Shown here one piece after another: positions 55,208-60,578 of a stretch of 60,578 bases of DNA (position 1 is its first letter; the number at the start of each line of letters is the position of its first letter). A program made the translations under genes and the position numbers. Under the pieces are notes generated by a model, which was given only the letters and a program-made list of their open reading frames with translations, was not told where the DNA came from and did not search any database. This DNA is from an uncultured Candidatus Saccharibacteria bacterium (GTDB lineage: Bacteria; Patescibacteriota; UBA1384; CAYJQE01): positions 1-60,578 of the forward strand of contig CAYJQE010000003.1 of assembly GCA_964372245.1 (NCBI GenBank). The letters are read 5' to 3'.

Positions 55208-56332
55208 TTAACCGATCCGACCGAGGTGGTCAATCACCCGCTTCAAAACAACCGCCGACTTTTGCCAAGAGTAGAGGCTGATTCGACTTCGACCTTTCGA
55301 TATGAACGATCGTTGCATCGAAGGGGTGTTGAGGAGACGAGAAAGCGAGGCGGCTATTTCAAAAGGCTTGTTCTGATTGACATAAATGGCGGCTGAACCG
55401 GCGACCTCGCGATGAATCGGAATATCGGAGAGCAAAACCGGCGTTTTGGCCGCCATCGCCTCGAGAATCGGAAGGGAAAAACCCTCGGCTTGACTCAAAA
55501 AAACCAGCGCCTCGGCCTCTTTATAGAGGAGGCCGAGCAGACTGTCATCAACAAACCCGAGCTCGAAAATTGCCCTGCCGATGGGACCGAGAGCCGATAT
55601 TTCTCGCTTTATCTCTTCATAACCAAAGCCTCTAGGGCCAACTAAAACAAGCTTTAAAACCTGTTTCGGCTCCCGCCTTAAAAGGCCGTAGGCCCGAACC
55701 AGATTAACGAGATTCTTCCGAGCTTCAAGGCGACCGACATAAAGCAAAAACTTCCCGCCAATTTTTGAGAGCGCTTCTCGATCCAAATCCGTCTCGGCCG
55801 GCCAGTCTGTTATTCCCGGCGACAGAACAAGCGGCTTTAGTTCAACTTCGAAATTTTGTCTCAAATCATTGGCCGTCGCTTTCGAAGGAACAAGAACTAT
55901 GGCCGCTCGTCTGACAACCGACTCAACCGCCCGTTTTTGAATTTTCAACTCACTTTTTTGATACCATTCTTCATCTTTCAAGAAGGCAAGATCATAAACG
56001 CAGCCGATCGTTTTTTTAGGCGCGAACCTCGGGATACCGCTTGAAGGCATAAAAAGAATCTCTGGCCGATTGAGCAGCAATTCGAGCGGCAATTGGTAAC
56101 GATAATAGCCCGGCTTGGCCTCGATCACTCGTTCCTCGACATTTTTAAAATCGAGAAAACTTTTCGGTAACCTTAAATGGCTATAGAGCCGAAAACGATT
56201 ACCGCCATCAACCCTAAGAAGATTAAGAACGAGATTTTTGACGACCCGACTGACACCGGTTGGATTTTCGGCCACGATCGAATCGAGATCAACGCCGACT
56301 ACTGATGACCGATCTAATCTAATTTGAGACAC
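55208..56332 (-). CDS. GT4-family glycosyltransferase
   Basis: TGVSRV, YDLAF, VGRLEARKN, EGFSLPILEAMAAKTPV. Confidence 0.92.
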   Translation of the reverse strand: MSQIRLDRSSVVGVDLDSIVAENPTGVSRVVKNLVLNLLRVDGGNRFRLYSHLRLPKSFLDFKNVEERVIEAKPGYYRYQLPLELLLNRPEILFMPSSGIPRFAPKKTIGCVYDLAFLKDEEWYQKSELKIQKRAVESVVRRAAIVLVPSKATANDLRQNFEVELKPLVLSPGITDWPAETDLDREALSKIGGKFLLYVGRLEARKNLVNLVRAYGLLRREPKQVLKLVLVGPRGFGYEEIKREISALGPIGRAIFELGFVDDSLLGLLYKEAEALVFLSQAEGFSLPILEAMAAKTPVLLSDIPIHREVAGSAAIYVNQNKPFEIAASLSRLLNTPSMQRSFISKGRSRISLYSWQKSAVVLKRVIDHLGRIG

Positions 56333-56339
56333 CGAATAT

Positions 56340-57356
56340 TCAGTTCGTGGCTAGATTTCTCGTCCAGAGAACGCTCTTTCGAAAAGAATCGAGATTCTCT
56401 ACCGCGACGCCGGCGCCTCTGGCAACGGCCAGAAGCGGGTCCTCCGAGACTTGGCAAGGAACGCCGGTCACCTTGGTGAGAAGAGCGTCAATCTGGCGAA
56501 GCATCGAGCCGCCACCGGTCATGACTATGCCCTGGCCCATAATGTCTGAAGCCAGTTCGGGCGGAGTTTTTTGAAGAACGACTTTGACGGTGGCTATGAT
56601 ATCCGAAAGCGGACCCTTAACGGCGTAAGCGATATCCGAGGTTTTAACGATCACGCTCTCTGGCAGGCCGCTGATACTGTTCGAACCGGAAACTTCCATC
56701 TGCAAATTCTTTTTCTCCTCGCCGACGCTGCCAACGGCTATTTTAACTTCCTCGGCCGTCTGTTCGCCGATGATTAAATTGTACTTCTTCCGAATGAAAT
56801 CGGTGATCGCCTGGTCAAAGTGGTTACCGCCGACTCGAACCGAGGCCGAGGAGACGATATCGCCAAGCGATAAAACGGCGACATCGGTCGTCCCTCCGCC
56901 GATATCGATCACCATGTGTCCGGTCGGCGAAGAGATATCTATTCCGGCCCCGAGCGCGGCGGCGACCGGATCCTTGATGACATAGCAGTTTCTCGCTCCC
57001 GCTGAAAGACAGGCGTCAATCACGGCCCGTCGTTCGGTTGAAGTTACACCCGAGGGGATGGTCACCATCAAGTCCGGCTTCAGAAAGCGAATCGCGCCGC
57101 TGACACGATTAATCAGAATTCTAATCAAGGCTTGGGCGGTCCGATAGTTGGCGATAACGCCCTCCCTCAAGGGATAGGAAGCGATTATGCTCTCCGGTGT
57201 CTTGCCAAGCATCTTTTTCGCTTCGCCGCCGATCGCCATTATGCTTTGATCCTCGGCGCTCAAGGCGACAACCGTCGGTTCGTTGACGACAATTCCCTTA
57301 TGAGAAAGAACTATCGTTGATGTCGTTCCAAGATCAATCGCTATTTTCTGATTCAT
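56340..57356 (-). CDS. mreB: Rod shape-determining protein MreB
   Basis: IDLGTT, EPTVVA, PLREGVIA, TSTERRA, DIGGGT, TGGGS; ATG 57356 chosen because the longer ORF overlaps murA. Confidence 0.95.
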   Translation of the reverse strand: MNQKIAIDLGTTSTIVLSHKGIVVNEPTVVALSAEDQSIMAIGGEAKKMLGKTPESIIASYPLREGVIANYRTAQALIRILINRVSGAIRFLKPDLMVTIPSGVTSTERRAVIDACLSAGARNCYVIKDPVAAALGAGIDISSPTGHMVIDIGGGTTDVAVLSLGDIVSSASVRVGGNHFDQAITDFIRKKYNLIIGEQTAEEVKIAVGSVGEEKKNLQMEVSGSNSISGLPESVIVKTSDIAYAVKGPLSDIIATVKVVLQKTPPELASDIMGQGIVMTGGGSMLRQIDALLTKVTGVPCQVSEDPLLAVARGAGVAVENLDSFRKSVLWTRNLATN

Positions 57357-57366
57357 TGCGGCTAAT

Positions 57367-58632
57367 TTAATCTTCCCTCCGGCTGATTCTAGCACCAAGC
57401 GATCGAAACTTTCGATCAAGATCTTCATAACCTCGCTCAATCCGATCGATCTGGGCAATCTTAGAACGTCCTTTAGCCAAAAGAGCGGCCAGAACCAGAG
57501 CGGCGCCAGCCCGAATGTCTGGAGACTCGATGGTCGCGCCAAAAAGCTTTGTCGGGCCGGAAACCAAAGCTCGGTGAGGATCGCAAAGTGTGATGTTGGC
57601 TCCCATTTTGGTCAAATCGTCAACATAGCCAAGCCGTCGCTCATAAAGCCAATCGTGAACAAGGCTTGTCCCCTGAAGTTTGGTGGCCAAAACGGTCAAG
57701 AGCGGCAGAGTGTCGGTCGAAATTCCCGGATAAGGCCGAGCCTGAAACCGAGCCGCGTTTAAAACTCGGCTCTTTTTGACCAGAACGCCATCTTTTTCAA
57801 TCTCGATTTCGGCTCCAAGCTCGATCAATTTTAGACTTGTCGCTTCGAGATCAAGCGGATTGAAACCGGAGACTCTCCCCTCTCCGCCCGTGGCCAAAAG
57901 ACTGATGATAAAGGTCGCGGCCTCGATCTCGTCGCCAATGACCTCGATCGAGCGACCTATTTTGAGATTTGACCGACCATAAATTGTCAGGCTCGGACTG
58001 CCTAGACCTTCGACCAGAACCCCGGCTAAAATAAGCGCCTCGGCCAGAGACCGAACATGAGGTTCCATCGCCGAGTCGGCAATGGTGATCGGTTTTTCCG
58101 ACCAGGCGCTAAAGAGAATCGCGTTTTCGGTTGCCGTAACCGAGGCTTCGTCAAGAAAAACTCGCCTGCTCGACGGTCGGGTTATCGTCAGCTTATAGAC
58201 TAAATCGTCAACCTCGACTTTGGCCCCCAAGGCTTTCATCGCCATTAGGTGAGTGCCGAGCGGCCGCCGACCGATAACGCAACCGCCGGGATGACGAAGA
58301 ACGGCCCGACCAAATCGAGCCAGAAGCGGACCGAGAAAAAGAATCGAGGCTCTCAATCTCGGCGTCAAAGGGTGATCAAGATTGAAACTTCGGACCGGCC
58401 GACTGTCGAGCTTCAGGCCGCCTCCTTTTTGCCAAGCCGCCCGCCCGCCAAGCGACTGAAAAAGCTCGACCATGACTAGGACGTCGGCAATTTTCGGGAC
58501 TCGCTTGAGAACCAAGGGAGTTTGAAATAAGAGGCTGCTGGCTATTAAAGGCAGAACAGCATTTTTACTGCCCGAGACAGAGACATCGCCTTTGAGCGAA
58601 CGGCCGCCCTCAATCTGGTAGGAATTTGCCAT
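57367..58632 (-). CDS. murA: UDP-N-acetylglucosamine 1-carboxyvinyltransferase
   Basis: SGSKNA, LRASI, PGGCVIGRRP (catalytic Cys), SVTATEN, PDIRAG, RGYE. Confidence 0.97.
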   Translation of the reverse strand: MANSYQIEGGRSLKGDVSVSGSKNAVLPLIASSLLFQTPLVLKRVPKIADVLVMVELFQSLGGRAAWQKGGGLKLDSRPVRSFNLDHPLTPRLRASILFLGPLLARFGRAVLRHPGGCVIGRRPLGTHLMAMKALGAKVEVDDLVYKLTITRPSSRRVFLDEASVTATENAILFSAWSEKPITIADSAMEPHVRSLAEALILAGVLVEGLGSPSLTIYGRSNLKIGRSIEVIGDEIEAATFIISLLATGGEGRVSGFNPLDLEATSLKLIELGAEIEIEKDGVLVKKSRVLNAARFQARPYPGISTDTLPLLTVLATKLQGTSLVHDWLYERRLGYVDDLTKMGANITLCDPHRALVSGPTKLFGATIESPDIRAGAALVLAALLAKGRSKIAQIDRIERGYEDLDRKFRSLGARISRRED

Positions 58633-58717
58633 TGGCTTTAATAAATTATAAGCTGGGAGAGTTTTCGATTAATTTATTCTATTCGAATTTAGGGCCCAAT
58701 ATCAATCACTTTGCCTG

Positions 58718-59569
58718 ATGGAGTTCAAAAATAGTCAGATCGGAAAAAACATCTGGAAGCTCGCGGGTCTTTCAACCTTTGGCCTTTTAGCCCTTGGTCT
58801 GGTTGTCCTCGCTCAAGGTTATCAGATTGACCCAGAGTCATTGACCTTAAAACAAACTGGCCTTTTGGTCCTCGATTTCCGTCCAAATAAAGCGATTTTA
58901 ACAATCGAGGGACGGGAGGACCGGGAGATCGAGTCGCCTCATGCCGAGCAACTCTCGCCCGGTGTTTACGACATCGGGCTCAAAAAACCCGGCTACGCAA
59001 ATTATCAGGCACGGGTTACGATTGAAGCCGGACTGGTCTCCAAGCCGGAAGCGATTTTTCTCGTTCGGGAACAGCCGCTGATTGAAAAAATCGCCGAGGG
59101 GCCAGAGTTGGAGCGATTCCGAAAGATCTTTAGCAACTTTCCGACCGATCCCGATCTTTTAATCGTTGACCAGTCGGAGCTCTGGTATAGCAATCGCTTG
59201 ATCACCCGTCTTTCGGGCGGTTTGAAAGCGACCGTCTCTTTTTCCGGCGGCGAACTTTTTTTGATTCAGATCAATGACGAGTTGAGACTGATTCTAGGTA
59301 AAACCGACAGCCCGCAGACTGGTAATCGCGTTGTCAGCCAATACGATGTCCTGATCAAAAAACTTGACTCTCAAGATGAGAGAAAATTTTTCTTTCAAAA
59401 GGCCGGCCGGGAAATGATCTTAGACGATAAAGGTTCGATTGAACGGATAACCTTGCAACTAGCCGAAGAGAGCCTATCTTGGCGCCGGCAAACGTCCGAT
59501 TCCGATTGGTTGGCCAAGAAAGGCCCTGTTTTGAGCCGGATCGGGGCTTATCTGATCGGCCAGAACTAG
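58718..59569 (+). CDS. PEGA-domain membrane protein
   Basis: TM helix, then GYQID...QTGLLVL..RP..A..TIEG...LSPGVYDIGLKKPGY. Confidence 0.8.
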   Translation: MEFKNSQIGKNIWKLAGLSTFGLLALGLVVLAQGYQIDPESLTLKQTGLLVLDFRPNKAILTIEGREDREIESPHAEQLSPGVYDIGLKKPGYANYQARVTIEAGLVSKPEAIFLVREQPLIEKIAEGPELERFRKIFSNFPTDPDLLIVDQSELWYSNRLITRLSGGLKATVSFSGGELFLIQINDELRLILGKTDSPQTGNRVVSQYDVLIKKLDSQDERKFFFQKAGREMILDDKGSIERITLQLAEESLSWRRQTSDSDWLAKKGPVLSRIGAYLIGQN

Positions 59570-60169
59570 AAGCCGGTTAAGCCTGGTCCCAAGCGGGGTG
59601 CAGGTCATCAGGCTGACAACCGATTTTTCGGTCGGCGCCAAAGGGGATAAATCGCTCGGCCGAACGACCGATTTTTTGAAGACCCGATAGCGATAAACTC
59701 GACCCTGGTAGGCGATCATAAACTCATCGCCGATTTTCAACCGGTCAAGGAGAGAAAAGACGGTTTTATAACGACCTTTGTTCCAGAAATAATCGCTCGA
59801 ATGCCCGGCGACAAAGACATTGCCGATCTCGCCCGGATGGGCGGTGCCAAGAAAATGAGCCACCCCGCCCTGGAGAGCGGTTAGGATTGTCTGATTTTCG
59901 GCTGGAACGTCAATCCAGAGAGGGACCTTTACGCCAATTGACGGGATTATCAGGTGGTTGTCGGGCAAATCAAGTTCGGATGGCGCGACGAAGTCGTCAG
60001 ACAGCACTCTTGGCAGAAGGCCGATTGCCTCTCGGTCGACCGGCGGACCGGCGAGAAGGGCGCCGGTTTTTTTAGCAAAGGCCGGGAAGTTGATCAGAAG
60101 ATAGAAAACACTCGTCAGCAAAACGAGACTCAAAAGCCTTGTCGGGTAGCTTAATCGGGCCTTGTTCAC
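59474..60169 (-). CDS. Sortase
   Basis: N-terminal TM; LIIPSIGV, AGHS (His), LMTCTP (Cys), NRL (Arg). Confidence 0.92.
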   Translation of the reverse strand: MNKARLSYPTRLLSLVLLTSVFYLLINFPAFAKKTGALLAGPPVDREAIGLLPRVLSDDFVAPSELDLPDNHLIIPSIGVKVPLWIDVPAENQTILTALQGGVAHFLGTAHPGEIGNVFVAGHSSDYFWNKGRYKTVFSLLDRLKIGDEFMIAYQGRVYRYRVFKKSVVRPSDLSPLAPTEKSVVSLMTCTPLGTRLNRLLVLADQISPDPAQNRAFLGQPIGIGRLPAPR

Positions 60170-60524
60170 CGTGCCAGACTAGCCAATCGGCGGCCTTTAG
60201 TCCAGCCGAAAGCAAGGACAGCCGCTTTTCAGCCTTGGCAGGTGACCGCGTGAGTTGGCAGCGGATCAGAAATTTCAAGCTTGGTAATCTCAAAAGCCGA
60301 CCGGGTGGTTTTGAGTTTGATCAAGGAAGCGCCGCTAACCAATAGCCGGAGAATTTGCAAAAGGTCAGGTTTGACAGAGAGTACTTGATTTAGCCAGAAC
60401 CGCTTTCACCGCTAGCGGCGAGGAAGTCCCCGCCAAAATTGAGGGGCTTACTTGCGGTATTTAATGGTTTCAAATTTTTCCGATAAGTCAAGTTTAGCTC
60501 ATTTCAATCAATTTTTCAATGAAA

Positions 60525-60578
60525 TGGACTGGTTCAATACATCGAGGAGACCTTTTAAGTTGATAATGTTCTCTCATA
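60525..60578 (-). mobile_element. Right end (IRR) of another IS3-family copy, cut by the window edge
   Basis: 49/54 nt identical to 38401-38454; minus strand encodes ...YERTLST* followed by the IRR. Confidence 0.8.

Noticed and set aside
60399-60458. RNase P RNA-like motif (GAGGAAGTCCCC ... GGGGCTTA, P4-like pairing)
   Set aside because: Only 11 nt separate the two strands, with no room for the S- or C-domain helices; treated as an ordinary hairpin, although a cmsearch with RNase P models would be cheap to run.
1-60578. The many 60-200-aa ORFs antisense to or out of frame with recognised genes; tRNA/rRNA genes
   Set aside because: Shadow ORFs with no independent signals; no tRNA cloverleaf (T-loop GTTCGA with acceptor stem) or rRNA signature was recognised.

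Overview
Chromosomal segment of a Patescibacteria (CPR)-type bacterium in the standard genetic code. The lineage call is inferred from a DUF5663-like protein, paired membrane-anchored VirB4/VirD4-like ATPases, a PEGA protein, a split transketolase, a sortase and the absence of biosynthetic operons. Most of the window is housekeeping: tgt, secDF, an RluA-family synthase, cca, rmuC, a UvrD-nuclease fusion, nrdR-ftsZ-ftsA-ybeY-yqeY-rpsU, rarA, a lexA/dinB SOS cassette, a non-oxidative pentose phosphate/gap cluster, clpC, nusA, glycosyltransferases, mreB and murA. The most unusual part is a 2.6-kb island with no recognisable enzyme genes (16860-19420). It holds an apparently exact 462-bp tandem duplication, each copy with a near-consensus sigma70 promoter, a ~250-nt highly structured RNA candidate and an intrinsic terminator. 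The island also has a GC-rich orphan ORF with a hairpin-dense 3' region, a 65-aa peptide that is 27/65 Asp/Glu, and a 6S-RNA-like rod. Other notable items: three pieces of an IS3-family element (one 381-bp derivative with a 5-bp target duplication), a direct-repeat GAAC-N7-GAAC LexA-box candidate, three intact ORFs that have lost catalytic motifs (a Cys-free thioredoxin reductase homolog, a HisRS paralog and a transketolase N-terminal paralog), a J-domain/TRAM-like/HhH orphan, and several leaderless promoters. No tRNA, rRNA or CRISPR array was recognised. All RNA folds and alignments were done by eye.
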